Virus record (IMG/VR): IMGVR_UViG_2934965791_000001
Span: 35,285-99,284 of that record
DNA: 64,000 nucleotides
Strand: one strand, 5' to 3'
Source: a virus
Taxonomy: Duplodnaviria; Caudoviricetes
Both the position numbers and the translations under genes were made by a program. Under the pieces are notes generated by a model. That model saw only the letters and a list, made by a program, of their open reading frames with translations, was not told the origin of the DNA and made no database searches. Shown here one piece after another: positions 19,745-29,128 of this stretch; positions within the stretch are counted from its first letter, which is position 1, and every line of letters begins with the position of its first letter.

Positions 19745-20052
19745 TCTCGGCTCCGCTGGTTGAGGCGGAGCATGCGAACCCGGCGGTCACCGATGTTCAG
19801 GGCCGTCGAGACGGCGCCGAGGTCGCCCTTCATCGCGGCGCCCCACACAGCGGCTTGGAGCCGGTCGAGGCGTAGCACCTCAAGGACCCGGAGCGGGTCC
19901 ATGGGCATCCCGTCGAACTGGGTGTCGGCGGCCGCGGTGGCGGCGTCGAGGGCATCGGCGGCGTCGGCGTAGTCGAGCTTGTCGGCGATGGTCTGCCAGT
20001 CGACGCCGGCGAGGCGGAGGGTGAGGGCCTGGACGGCGCGCTCGTCGGACAC
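19741..20052 (-). CDS. HTH DNA-binding protein
   Basis: 'ALTLRLAGVDWQTIADKLDY'. Confidence 0.6.
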   Translation of the reverse strand: MSDERAVQALTLRLAGVDWQTIADKLDYADAADALDAATAAADTQFDGMPMDPLRVLEVLRLDRLQAAVWGAAMKGDLGAVSTALNIGDRRVRMLRLNQRSRE

Positions 20053-20069
20053 GGCGGGCCTCCGTGATG

Positions 20070-20125
20070 GGGAAACGCCCGCGGCCCGCTCCCCCGGTGT
20101 CGGGGGGCGGGCCGCGCGGGCGGGG
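20070..20125 (-). terminator. Intrinsic terminator
   Basis: Long GC hairpin followed by TTT on the minus strand after the 86-aa ORF. Confidence 0.55.
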
Positions 20126-20136
20126 CTGTTCGGTTG

Positions 20137-20397
20137 TCAGTAGGTGCCGAGGCGGGGTCCGTAGTCCTCGCCGGTCAGCTCCCGGTACCGCTTGCACGCC
20201 TCGATGTAGATCGCGCCCTCTTTGAAGCGCATCCGGGCCGGGCTGCCGCCGACGCGGTCGAGGACCGTGCGGAACGTGTCGAGGTCGGGGGCGTCGGCGG
20301 CGGTCATACGGCGCAGGGCGGCATAGTCGGGGTTCGCGGCGATGCCGTTACGGCTCGGCCGACGGGTCCCCATCGTCAGTTCGCGGGCGCGTCCCAT
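20137..20397 (-). CDS. Hypothetical protein (outlying member of the TGTAGCTACA regulon)
   Basis: 86 aa; GGGAG RBS; own promoter and terminator. Confidence 0.6.
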   Translation of the reverse strand: MGRARELTMGTRRPSRNGIAANPDYAALRRMTAADAPDLDTFRTVLDRVGGSPARMRFKEGAIYIEACKRYRELTGEDYGPRLGTY

Positions 20398-20425
20398 CGC
20401 AATTCTCCCTGTTCAAGCTGCTGTC

Positions 20426-20465
20426 GTGTAGCTACAGCTTGGGGGAGGATCGGGCGGCTTCTCAA
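20426..20465 (-). promoter_or_regulatory. Promoter with a single TGTAGCTACA box
   Basis: Minus strand TTGAGA-N18-CAAGCT-GTAGCTACAC. Confidence 0.65.
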
Positions 20466-22030
20466 GCCGCTTCGGGGAGTTCTTCGGCCTCGGAAAACGC
20501 CTCGTCGACGCCGTCGGGAAGGTGCACGTCGACCTCGCCGCATGCCTTCGTGGCCTCGGCCCGGTTGCCCTTGCAGAACACGATGAAGTCCTGGTGGGTA
20601 CGGGCGAGACCGCGGGTGCCGGCGAAGGTGCGGCCGGCCATGACGGCGGCCGTACCGACGGGGCTGACGAGGACGGCACCGGAGGCGTAGGTGAGGCCAG
20701 CCGCGACGCCGGCCCGGATGGTGGAGCCGCGGAGGTCGTGGAGGGCGCCGCGGTTGTCGCGGGCGTCGCCGGTGACGAACACGGCGAACCGGTTCGGCTT
20801 CAGCGCCCGGGTGACGCCGGCGATGATCCGCGCGTACACCTCGTCGAACCCGTCGTACGACATGGAGGACAGGTCAGCGGGGTTCTCGCTGTACTCCTCA
20901 AGGTCGTAGTACGGCGGGCACGTGAACACCATGTCGGCACTGTTCGGTTCGAGGGTCTTCACCCACTCCGCGCTGTCGCCGATCGTCCAGGAGGGGTCGG
21001 CGGCCAGCATCCGGCGGTTCGTGAACTCGTCGCGCTGCTCACGGTTGCTCTCGACCTGCTCGGGGCGGAGGTCGTTGCCGCGGTACGGACGGCCGAGGAT
21101 GCCGGCGACGATGCCGCGGACGGATCCGCCAGCGAACGGGTCGAGGATCGTGCCACCGGCCGGGGAGAACCAGCGGTACGCCAACTCGCACAGGACGGGA
21201 TCGAACACGGACGTTCCGGAGGCAACCGCGTCGTCCGGGCGAACGTAGTGGTCGGCCTCGAACTCCGCCGACGTCAGCGGCCGGCCGAGCGCCTGCTCGA
21301 CGGCCCGCTTCTTGTCGTAGTACTTCGGGTCGGCCTTCGCCATGCCCTCGAAGACGAGGTTGTCGCCGCGTCCGACTTCGGACCGCATGCCGAGGGACAG
21401 CCACTGTCGCTTGCGGGTGCGCCACCATCCCTGGCGGGCGTCGAGGACGTCGAACGGCGGGATGAGGAACCGGTCCGCGAGGGTGGGGTTCTCGGCCGGC
21501 TCGTCGTCGGCGGCGCCGTCGCCGCTGGAGTCGTCGCCGAGGTCGTCGAGGTCGGGCGGGGTGATGAGCGCCATGACCTCGTCGTCGCTGTAGCCGGTGC
21601 CCTCGTGGTCGCCGTCGAGGTAGGAGAGGAGTTCGGCAAGCGCGTCGTTGTCGTACCCGCCGAGTTCGGCCAGCCGGTTGTCGGCGATGTTAATACGCCG
21701 GGCCTCGTCGTCGTCGCAGACGATGATCTCGCAGCGGGCGGTCGTACCGTCCCACGCGCCGCCGGCACACATCGCGCACGGGTGCTTTTCGTCGTCGGCG
21801 TACTGGCACCGGTCAGGGCCATGCAGTTGCAGGGCCTGCATGGTGTGGTTGCCGGCGAGGACGATGAGCGGGCCGCCGGGGATCTTCCGGACGACGAGGC
21901 CGCGGTACTGGCCGTTCCGGCGGAGGCTCTTGAGGATCTCGGGCGGGTTGCCGCGCTTGGCGTTACCCGGGAACGGGGTCAGTTCGTCGAGGGGGACGTC
22001 TCGGGTCTCAACGTAGACGGCGCCGGGCAT
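20462..22030 (-). CDS. ParB-like domain fused to an amino-DNA methyltransferase
   Basis: 'PFPGNAK...VLAGNHT...IADNRLAE' ParB/Srx; 'ILDPFAGGSVRG' SAM motif; 'TCPPYY' catalytic motif. Confidence 0.85.
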   Translation of the reverse strand: MPGAVYVETRDVPLDELTPFPGNAKRGNPPEILKSLRRNGQYRGLVVRKIPGGPLIVLAGNHTMQALQLHGPDRCQYADDEKHPCAMCAGGAWDGTTARCEIIVCDDDEARRINIADNRLAELGGYDNDALAELLSYLDGDHEGTGYSDDEVMALITPPDLDDLGDDSSGDGAADDEPAENPTLADRFLIPPFDVLDARQGWWRTRKRQWLSLGMRSEVGRGDNLVFEGMAKADPKYYDKKRAVEQALGRPLTSAEFEADHYVRPDDAVASGTSVFDPVLCELAYRWFSPAGGTILDPFAGGSVRGIVAGILGRPYRGNDLRPEQVESNREQRDEFTNRRMLAADPSWTIGDSAEWVKTLEPNSADMVFTCPPYYDLEEYSENPADLSSMSYDGFDEVYARIIAGVTRALKPNRFAVFVTGDARDNRGALHDLRGSTIRAGVAAGLTYASGAVLVSPVGTAAVMAGRTFAGTRGLARTHQDFIVFCKGNRAEATKACGEVDVHLPDGVDEAFSEAEELPEAA

Positions 22031-22060
22031 GCGTGGGTCTCCCGTGAGGGGTCGGGGAAC

Positions 22061-22090
22061 GAAGAAGCCCCGGCCACAAGGGCCGGGGCG
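22061..22090 (-). terminator. Terminator after the tRNA
   Basis: Minus strand GCCCCGGCCCTTGTGGCCGGGGC-TTCTTC. Confidence 0.6.
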
Positions 22091-22097
22091 GATTCTG

Positions 22098-22168
22098 CAG
22101 GATCGGCAGGAATCGAACCTGCACTTGCGGTTTTGGAGACCGCTGCTATCCCGTTGAGCTACGACCCC
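22098..22168 (-). tRNA. trnW: tRNA-Trp (CCA)
   Basis: Acceptor GGGGTCG/CGATCCT; anticodon arm GCGGT-CTCCAAA-ACCGC; T arm GCAGG-TTCGATT-CCTGC; no encoded CCA end. Confidence 0.9.
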
Positions 22169-22215
22169 ATGAGGGCGGGCCCCGGCCGAGGAGTCGGCGG
22201 CCGGGGCCCGCGGGG

Positions 22216-22545
22216 TCAGCCCTGGGCGGGAGCCGTGGACGGCTCGACCTGCTCCGGGGCCGGGGTCGGGTCGGCGGCGTCGACGGCAGCCTTGATCTCC
22301 CCGACGACCTTGCCGAGTTCGGCGATGACCGCGGTGACGACCTCGTCCTTCACCTTGTCCAGCTCGGGGACGAGCGTGGCGACCAGGCTCTTGACGAACG
22401 CGTCGAGTTCATCGCGGCCGCCGCCGATCAGGTGGCCGAACTTGTCCTTGACCTCGTCGACCAGGTCGCGGAACCGGCCAGCGAGGTTGTGTCCCTCGTC
22501 CTCCAGGTCGGTGACGACGTGCTCGAACTCGTCGATGAGCGACAT
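22216..22545 (-). CDS. Hypothetical protein
   Basis: ATG at 22545 after GGAGG; acidic helical sequence. Confidence 0.65.
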   Translation of the reverse strand: MSLIDEFEHVVTDLEDEGHNLAGRFRDLVDEVKDKFGHLIGGGRDELDAFVKSLVATLVPELDKVKDEVVTAVIAELGKVVGEIKAAVDAADPTPAPEQVEPSTAPAQG

Positions 22546-22592
22546 GCGGGTGCCTCCGGTGGCGATACGGGGTGGGGTGGTGGGGAGGGGTC

Positions 22593-22784
22593 CTACGCGC
22601 ACCGGGCGCAGGGGAGCTTGCGGTGATGCCGCTCGCAGCTGTCGTCACGGGCCGGCTCGTACCGCGGGGCGGTGCCGAGGAAGCCGTGCATGGCCGCGGT
22701 CTGTTGACGGGCGGTGCGACGGGATACGGCGCGACGCTCGGCGCGGGTTCCGCGCGGCTTGTATCCGACGGGAAGGGACGGCAT
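22593..22784 (-). CDS. Small basic Cys/His protein
   Basis: ATG at 22784 after GGAG; 'CERHHRKLPCARC'. Confidence 0.45.
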   Translation of the reverse strand: MPSLPVGYKPRGTRAERRAVSRRTARQQTAAMHGFLGTAPRYEPARDDSCERHHRKLPCARCA

Positions 22785-22909
22785 GAGTAGCTCCCGGGGA
22801 GGGGTGAGGGGATGCCGGCCGCCGCGCACCCCTCAATGCGTGACGGCCGGCAGCAGAAGACCCCGCCGGAAACGTTCGTCCGCGCGGGGTCTGTTCGGGG
22901 GGCCGGCGG

Positions 22910-23110
22910 TCAGACGCCGGCGAGGAGGGGGGTGCGCTTCGGGGGCACCTTCACGGCGCCGGTGGCGACGTCGCGCACTTCGAGGTAGTCGTATCGGCCG
23001 CCGTAGGAGGTGATGCGGCCCTCGGCCGCCCAGCGGGTAACCGTGCCCTTCGGCTTGCCGATGAGGTGGGCGATGTCCGACGGGGAAAGAAGGACGGGGC
23101 GGTACGTCAT
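22910..23110 (-). CDS. Small HTH (excisionase/MerR-like) protein
   Basis: 'LSPSDIAHLIGKPKGTVTRWAAEGRI'; GGGAGG RBS. Confidence 0.7.
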   Translation of the reverse strand: MTYRPVLLSPSDIAHLIGKPKGTVTRWAAEGRITSYGGRYDYLEVRDVATGAVKVPPKRTPLLAGV

Positions 23111-23230
23111 CGGCGGTGCTGCCTCCCAGAAACGCCGAAGGGCCGCCCGGCGGGGGCGGCCCTTTCGACAACATTCTCAAGACTGGCAGGACTATGACTC
23201 ACTCAGGCCGGTGAAGTCAAATCGGTGTCG

Positions 23231-23896
23231 CTACACGGCGACGGGGGCGCCGTCAGCCGGGGCGTGGCAGCCATGGCCGTGGCCGTGGTGCTGGCCCTGG
23301 TGGTTCCTATCGTGGTCGTGGTGGTGCCGGCCTCCGCCATCGTGCCCGTGACCGGCGCCCGGCGTGCCCGGCCTGCGGTGCCGGCCGTCCGGGCGCTTCC
23401 ACTCGTCGCGGTCGCCCTTGTCCTCCGCCGCCGGCTTGTCCGGCCTGCGGTGCTTGCCAGTGCCCGGGTCCGCCGGCGTGACGGTGAAAGTGTGCACCTG
23501 GACCGGCTTGACGGCCGGCTCCCAGCTGCCGGCGGCCGTCCGGGTCTTCGGCTCGTCCGCCGTCGTGGTGAGGGTGTCCACGGCGGCCGGCGGCTCCGGG
23601 TCAGCCTCGGTGGGGTCGCGGGACTTGTCGGGGCTCCCGTACACGGCCTCCGCCCGGCCCGTGCACAGACCCAAGATGGCCGCGAGGGCGCCGAGGGCCA
23701 GGAGGGCGCGCATGGTCACGCTGCCGGTGACCGGGAGCGGCCTGGGCGCGGCATGCCTACCCGCCGCCGGCTCGGCCGGCAGTTCGACGTCCGCGACTCG
23801 GATCGTCAGAGTCGACGCGTCGTCAGTGACGAGCGTCAGATGGGAGGCGCCGCGGCGGCTGTTGCGGAGTCGCGGGGTTGCTCCGTCGGTAGACAT
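23231..23896 (-). CDS. Hypothetical membrane-anchored protein with His-rich tail
   Basis: Hydrophobic 'ALLALGALAAILGL'; His/Gly-rich C-terminus. Confidence 0.5.
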   Translation of the reverse strand: MSTDGATPRLRNSRRGASHLTLVTDDASTLTIRVADVELPAEPAAGRHAAPRPLPVTGSVTMRALLALGALAAILGLCTGRAEAVYGSPDKSRDPTEADPEPPAAVDTLTTTADEPKTRTAAGSWEPAVKPVQVHTFTVTPADPGTGKHRRPDKPAAEDKGDRDEWKRPDGRHRRPGTPGAGHGHDGGGRHHHDHDRNHQGQHHGHGHGCHAPADGAPVAV

Positions 23897-23950
23897 CGGA
23901 GAGCGGTCCTCACGGGCCAGGCGCCTGCGCGCGGTTGAGAGGGGAGGGTG

Positions 23951-25021
23951 TTAGATCCAGGCGCCGTAGACGCCAGCGGCCGTGAATCCGGGGCCGAAGG
24001 CGATGAGGGCGCCGGGCGATCCGGGGGCGGGAGGATCGTCGTGGGTACGGGCAAGCACGTCCAGGACTGCGGTGCCGCCAAGGTTGCCGTTCTCTGCGAG
24101 TGAGGCGTGCGAGTACCGGCCGGCTTTCTCCGCGAGGCCGATGCTGGTTACGACGTCGTCGATGATGCGCGGGCCGCCGGGGTGGACGATCGCCCACTCG
24201 GGCCGGCGTTTGCCGAGCCAGTCGGTGATGTAGGGGACGGCGTCGGTAGCCGCGGCGGCCGCCTTCCGGGTCGAGTCGAAGTGCAGGCCCTCGTCGTCGA
24301 TGGTGCCCCAGTAGCGGTCACGCGAGTTGGGCATGACAAGTTCGAGTGGGTCGAGGGCGACGAACCCCGTCGGCAGGTCGGCGGAGGTCTCGTCGGTGAG
24401 GCCGGTGACGACGGCCGCGCCGGCGGAGTCACCGAACAGCGCGCGGTACATCATCGACTGCGGCGTGGTCTCCGACTCGTGGTAGATGGTCGACAGGGTC
24501 TCAGCGACGACGACGAGGACGCGGGCGCCGGGCCGGGCAAGGGTGTGCCACAGAGCGTGGACGAGGCTCTGGGCGCCGCCGACGCAGGCGAGGGTGGACA
24601 GCCCTATGCGGGTCACGGTCGGGCGGAGACCGAGACGCTCGATGAGGTGCACGTCCATGCCGGGCACGGTCCAGCTTGTGGTGTGGCTGGTGACGATGGC
24701 GTCGACGTCGCCGGGGTCGAGACCGGCGACGTCGAGCGCGTCGCGGGCGGCGGACTCGGCGAGGTCGAGAGCGTCGCCGAACGCCACCCCCGCGCGGTGT
24801 CCCACGCTCGACGGGGCGGTGGCCTCCTGAAGGGGCCGGGTCCAGTACCGCTGTTCCACGCCGGTGTTGCGGATGAGGCGTTTCCACAGGCCGAGGCGCG
24901 GGTGCGGCTTCGTCGGGTCGTCGGCGTCCCGGCAGGTGGCGGCGATGTGGTCGAGGAGGGCATCGGTGGTGACGCGGTGGGCGGCGAGCCGTATGACGGG
25001 TCTACCGATGTGCGCAGGCAC
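23951..25021 (-). CDS. Type III polyketide synthase (chalcone synthase-like)
   Basis: Cys-His-Asn triad motifs 'LACVGG', 'VHPGG', 'GNLGG'; also 'ALFGDSAGA' and 'AFGPGFT'. Confidence 0.9.
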   Translation of the reverse strand: MPAHIGRPVIRLAAHRVTTDALLDHIAATCRDADDPTKPHPRLGLWKRLIRNTGVEQRYWTRPLQEATAPSSVGHRAGVAFGDALDLAESAARDALDVAGLDPGDVDAIVTSHTTSWTVPGMDVHLIERLGLRPTVTRIGLSTLACVGGAQSLVHALWHTLARPGARVLVVVAETLSTIYHESETTPQSMMYRALFGDSAGAAVVTGLTDETSADLPTGFVALDPLELVMPNSRDRYWGTIDDEGLHFDSTRKAAAAATDAVPYITDWLGKRRPEWAIVHPGGPRIIDDVVTSIGLAEKAGRYSHASLAENGNLGGTAVLDVLARTHDDPPAPGSPGALIAFGPGFTAAGVYGAWI

Positions 25022-25113
25022 GGGTACCTCCAGCGGGCGTGTGTGGTGGGGCGTAGAGATCAGAGGGCCGCGGGCAGAATCGGGGGCTGCCCGGCGGCTG
25101 GTGTCGCGGCGGG

Positions 25114-25959
25114 TTACGAACCGCCGTAGCGGGCGCGGAGCGGCGGGCGAGTGTCCGGCCGTTCAGGGCCCGGGTCGAAGATCATGAGCATGGTCACGAA
25201 CCGGGGGGACGACCTCGGTATCGAGGTGTGCAGGGTCATCCACCCGGGGCCCTCCTCCGGGTGATTGAACGGCCGGGTGGCGCCGTCGGGGTGTACGAAG
25301 ATCGGCCCGAAGTCCTGGTAGATGGGGCCGGCCTCCTCGTCGGCGAGGATCTGCCGCTCCAGGTTGATGAGGTATTCGTCATCCGGGTGCGCGGCCCGGG
25401 CGGCCCAGACGTGCGGGGCGACGAACGGCGCCCACGAGTTCTTCCAGTCGCCGAGGATGTACCGGGCGTCCGGGGAGAGCAGCATCCACTCCATCGTGTT
25501 CGGGGGGACCCGATGGCCGGGGAAGATGCGCGGGAGGTGGACGTTGTGGGCGACGACCTCCCAGCGGTGGTTGGTGAGGTAGGCAGGGTGCGGCTGGCCG
25601 TCGAGGACCCGGGACCAGGATGCGGGGATCTCCTCGTCGGTGTCCGGGCGGAGCGGGTACGGAGGGTCGCGGCGCCAGGTCATGTTCCACAGCCACACCC
25701 ACTCGTGCGGGTTGAGGTCGAACAGCTCACCGACGCCCTTGAGGACGTGTTCGGGGGCGTTGGGCAGGCGTCCGTTCTCCAGGCGCTCGTACGTGCCGCG
25801 GCCCACGCTGAGGATGTCGTCGACCTGGGTCTGCGACAGGCCTCCGCCGGCCGGGCGGCGCCCCGCGCTGCGCGTGAAGCCGTAGTCGCTGGGATTGAGT
25901 TCGGCCCTGCGCCGCTGGAGCAGGATCCGAAGCCCCTCCTTGAGGGCACCCTGTTGCAC
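25114..25959 (-). CDS. XRE-family HTH plus MmyB-like ligand-binding regulator
   Basis: 'LQRRRAELNP...GLSQ...YERLENGR' HTH; 'PAYLTNHRWEVVAHN' MmyB-type PAS-like domain. Confidence 0.85.
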   Translation of the reverse strand: MQQGALKEGLRILLQRRRAELNPSDYGFTRSAGRRPAGGGLSQTQVDDILSVGRGTYERLENGRLPNAPEHVLKGVGELFDLNPHEWVWLWNMTWRRDPPYPLRPDTDEEIPASWSRVLDGQPHPAYLTNHRWEVVAHNVHLPRIFPGHRVPPNTMEWMLLSPDARYILGDWKNSWAPFVAPHVWAARAAHPDDEYLINLERQILADEEAGPIYQDFGPIFVHPDGATRPFNHPEEGPGWMTLHTSIPRSSPRFVTMLMIFDPGPERPDTRPPLRARYGGS

Positions 25960-26356
25960 TGTCGTTCTCCCGAGATCAATCTGAGCCGAGGCTCATCATC
26001 ACTGATTTCCGGCTGGCATATGCCTGCGAGATTTGCAGGCAAATACCGTCGAGGGCCTGCGGTCAGCTCTGTGTGATCGCTACGACTCCGCTCCGCGCGG
26101 TGTTCACGCAGGCCCGGGAGCCACTTTCGGGCAACCCGGGCGAGAGCTGGGCTCTCGGATATCGCGGCGGTCGATAGCGGCACCCGGCAAGGGCGTCCAC
26201 TTCGCCGATCATTGCGATTTGAACAGTCTACGCGCGTTGCTAGTGATCATTTACTGACGCCTTTTTAGGTGTCCTTTACATTCGCCGCTCCCATAAGTGC
26301 GACGGGCGCCTAGAAGGACCCCCGAAAAGTGAGCGTTTCTCACGTCCCGGGGACTG

Positions 26357-26806
26357 TCACCGCTGCACCTTCGCCGTCGCGGCCGTGGTGATCGTGGGGT
26401 TCACCTGAACGTCGACACGGATGCTGCCCCCTCCTCCCCCACGACCGCCGCGGCCGCGCGCCAGTACGCCGCCGACGACCATGCAGCCGAGGAGCAGACC
26501 GAGCCCGGTCTCCGCCGCGGCAAGGGCATCGAGGAGAAACGATCCGCCTACCCCGAGGCCGACGGCGAGGACGCCGCCGGCCGCCATCTTCTGCGCGGTC
26601 GGGTCGATGCCGCGCCGCTCGACGACGGCCGGCGCCGGCGCGTCGGGGGCGGCCGCCATCGCGTACCCGGTCACGACGCGGCCGTCGGGCAGCAAGACGG
26701 ACTGAACCGCCGGTACGCCGGCGGCGGCGTACGGGACGACGGCGCCGGCGGCCGGCGCCGAGTAGACGACGGCCGGCACGGCGGCCTGCTGCTGCTCGGG
26801 GATCAC
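26357..26806 (-). CDS. Spd-like membrane protein
   Basis: Two hydrophobic helices; GTGA-coupled to the TraB stop. Confidence 0.55.
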   Translation of the reverse strand: MIPEQQQAAVPAVVYSAPAAGAVVPYAAAGVPAVQSVLLPDGRVVTGYAMAAAPDAPAPAVVERRGIDPTAQKMAAGGVLAVGLGVGGSFLLDALAAAETGLGLLLGCMVVGGVLARGRGGRGGGGGSIRVDVQVNPTITTAATAKVQR

Positions 26807-28752
26807 TGGTGCTCCTTGGGGTCGTTCGCGTAGTACCGGGTGGAGCGGCCGTCACGGCGGCCGGCGACGCCGTGCTTCTCCCACTCCTCGATCGCGCGCG
26901 TGGCCGTGTCGCGGGAGATCCCGCAGGCCGCGGCGAGTTCCTTCTTCGTGGCCGATCCGAGTGCCTGGAACTGCTCCCACAGGTCCGGCCACTGCCCGGG
27001 CTGGACGTGGTCGCCGTTCGGGAACCGCAGGGGTGCGAACTGCTCCACCCACGGCTCATCCGTGATGGCCGGCTGCTGCTCGGTGTCCGCCTTCTCCGAG
27101 TAGTAGAAGCCGACGTCGTCAGCGATATCGAGGTCGGAGACGTACTCGGCCCGGTACACCTTCGGCTCGGTCAGCTCCGGCGTCTGGAGCATGAACTTGC
27201 CGGGCAGGTCAAGCGTCTCCGGCCGCCAGCCCTTCGTCTGGCAGCCGGCCCCGAACACGAACGGGGCGTGGCCGGACTCGCCGGCGCGGGTGGACAGGCG
27301 GTTGGCGTAGTTACCCCGTGCGTCGGTCGACCCGCCGAAGACCTTCCGCGACGGCTGCTGGGTGGCACTGACGAAGTGGATGGCCAGGAACCGGGCGATG
27401 GCCAACAGGGACTCGTACAGGGCGGCAAGCTCGGGATCCTGACGGACGAGTTCGCCCAGCTCGTCGCAGAACACGAAGATGGCCTTGCCGTGGACGCCCG
27501 GCACCCACTTGCGGACCGGGCCCTTACCCTCCGCCATGCGTTTGCGGGTCAGCTCGGCGAGGATCTCGCCGCGCCGGTCGCACTCGCTGCGGATCCACAT
27601 CAGCAGCGCGCGGGCCTGCTCCGGGGTCTTAGCCACGGGGGCGGCCATGACCGGCTCCCACGGGCCCAGCTCGGGCGCGCCGGGCTTCATGTCGATGCCG
27701 TACAGGTCGGCGTCGAGGCACCGGTTCAGCCGCTTGATGATCAGGTTGACGATGCCGGACTTCCCCCAGTCCGAGGCGCCGGCGATCAGGGTGTGCCGGT
27801 ACATGAGGGTGAGGTGGACCGGCTTGCCATCCTCGTCGGCGCCGAGGAGCACGGGCTCCCGGCAGGTGGTCACCCCGGTCTCGGTCAGCGGCAGCGTGCC
27901 GGCGAGCGCGTCCACGGTGGACAGCTTCACGACCAGCTGATTGTCGGCCGGGCCCTGGGCGAGGGTGAGTTTGCCCGGCATGCCGAGGTTCGCGGCCAGC
28001 TGGACCCGCCGGGCGATGATCGCGGCCGGCGCGGTGGTCTTACCCGGGGGCATGGCCACGATCGCGGACCAGCCGTGTTCGTTGCGGTGGAACGCCATGA
28101 CGTCCTGCGGGGCCGCGCCGGTGAGGGCGTGGATGGCGCGGCGGAGCGCGGTCTCCTCCGGGGACGCTCCGATCAGGCCCGGGTCAGCAGCCTCCAGCCC
28201 GAGGGCGTTGGGCAGGGCGCCCTTCGCCTTGACGGTGTCGATGTTCAGCTTCATGCGGGCGTTGCGCTGCGCGGTCAGCCATGGCCCGTAGATCCAGTAC
28301 GTCAGGCCGGTGGTCAGGGCCCACGCGGTCGCCGACTCGGGACCGGGGCCGAACGCGGTCGCGGTGGCTATGTCGCCCAGAGCCACGGTGAGGCCGGCCG
28401 CGGCCTGCGTGACCGGGGCGTTCTTGTGCTTGAGGCCGAGCACGGCCGCGGTCGCGGCGACGCCGGCGAGCGCCCCGTACGACAAGGTCGGGCCGATGCC
28501 CTCCTGCCACCAGCCGAGCAGGGACAGAGTGGAGGTGCCGGCCACGGGTGCCAGTTCGTAGCGGCGGCGGGAGACCCAGTCACGGGTGTGCACCAGCCAG
28601 CCGACGCAGCGCACCACGAGGGGCCTAGATGACGACGACGATGACGACGACGACGCAAAACCCCTGGTCAGACGGTACGTCGTCGCGTCGGCCGTCTTCG
28701 TCGTCATCGGCTCGGGGACATAGACGCGGGGCTCGGTAGGGGTCTGCGTCAT
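26803..28752 (-). CDS. traB: TraB-like FtsK/SpoIIIE conjugative DNA translocase
   Basis: N-terminal TM helices; Walker A 'GASDWGKS'; Walker B 'VFCDELGEL'; 'ATQQPS'; C-terminal wHTH. Confidence 0.85.
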   Translation of the reverse strand: MTQTPTEPRVYVPEPMTTKTADATTYRLTRGFASSSSSSSSSRPLVVRCVGWLVHTRDWVSRRRYELAPVAGTSTLSLLGWWQEGIGPTLSYGALAGVAATAAVLGLKHKNAPVTQAAAGLTVALGDIATATAFGPGPESATAWALTTGLTYWIYGPWLTAQRNARMKLNIDTVKAKGALPNALGLEAADPGLIGASPEETALRRAIHALTGAAPQDVMAFHRNEHGWSAIVAMPPGKTTAPAAIIARRVQLAANLGMPGKLTLAQGPADNQLVVKLSTVDALAGTLPLTETGVTTCREPVLLGADEDGKPVHLTLMYRHTLIAGASDWGKSGIVNLIIKRLNRCLDADLYGIDMKPGAPELGPWEPVMAAPVAKTPEQARALLMWIRSECDRRGEILAELTRKRMAEGKGPVRKWVPGVHGKAIFVFCDELGELVRQDPELAALYESLLAIARFLAIHFVSATQQPSRKVFGGSTDARGNYANRLSTRAGESGHAPFVFGAGCQTKGWRPETLDLPGKFMLQTPELTEPKVYRAEYVSDLDIADDVGFYYSEKADTEQQPAITDEPWVEQFAPLRFPNGDHVQPGQWPDLWEQFQALGSATKKELAAACGISRDTATRAIEEWEKHGVAGRRDGRSTRYYANDPKEHQ

Positions 28753-28755
28753 GGT

Positions 28756-29097
28756 TCAGGCCGCCTTCGCGGGGGTGTTGAGCATGGTGAGGCCGGCGTC
28801 GCTGAGCCGGTCGAGGACGCGCAGGGCGCCCTCGATGGCGTGTCCGATGCCGGCCAGGAGGATCCGGGTGGTGGCGGCGACCACGAGGGTGGCGGCCACC
28901 AGCGTGCGCGCCGGCGGGAGGTCCAGGGCCCGGGCCAGACCGAGGACGCCGGCGGTGTAGGTGACGGCCCAGGTGAGGACCACCGGGGGCGCGAGCGGTC
29001 CGGGGATGCAGGCGACGGCGTGTGCGAAGAGGAAGGCCGCCAGCACAGCGGCCGTGGTGATCGCGGCGAGGGTGAACCGGTCGTCGGTGCTGCGCAT
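28756..29097 (-). CDS. Spd-like membrane protein
   Basis: 113 aa, hydrophobic; in the traB operon. Confidence 0.55.
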   Translation of the reverse strand: MRSTDDRFTLAAITTAAVLAAFLFAHAVACIPGPLAPPVVLTWAVTYTAGVLGLARALDLPPARTLVAATLVVAATTRILLAGIGHAIEGALRVLDRLSDAGLTMLNTPAKAA

Positions 29098-29128
29098 GGC
29101 GGGTCTCCTTCTGGTCAGTTGGGGCGGG

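Noticed and set aside
41-22786. Long plus-strand ORFs such as 5747-9202, 10701-12797 and 20522-22786
   Set aside because: Antisense shadows of well-supported minus-strand phage genes, typical of high-GC DNA
23226-23235. TGTCGCTACA one-mismatch box
   Set aside because: Single copy overlapping a stop codon, with no matching promoter geometry; may be chance
25960-26356. Intergenic clt locus downstream of traB
   Set aside because: No cluster of 8-bp direct repeats seen; the AT-richer part is more simply a promoter region
28629-28654. (GAC/GAT)n run in traB
   Set aside because: In-frame poly-Ser linker with no sign of phase variation
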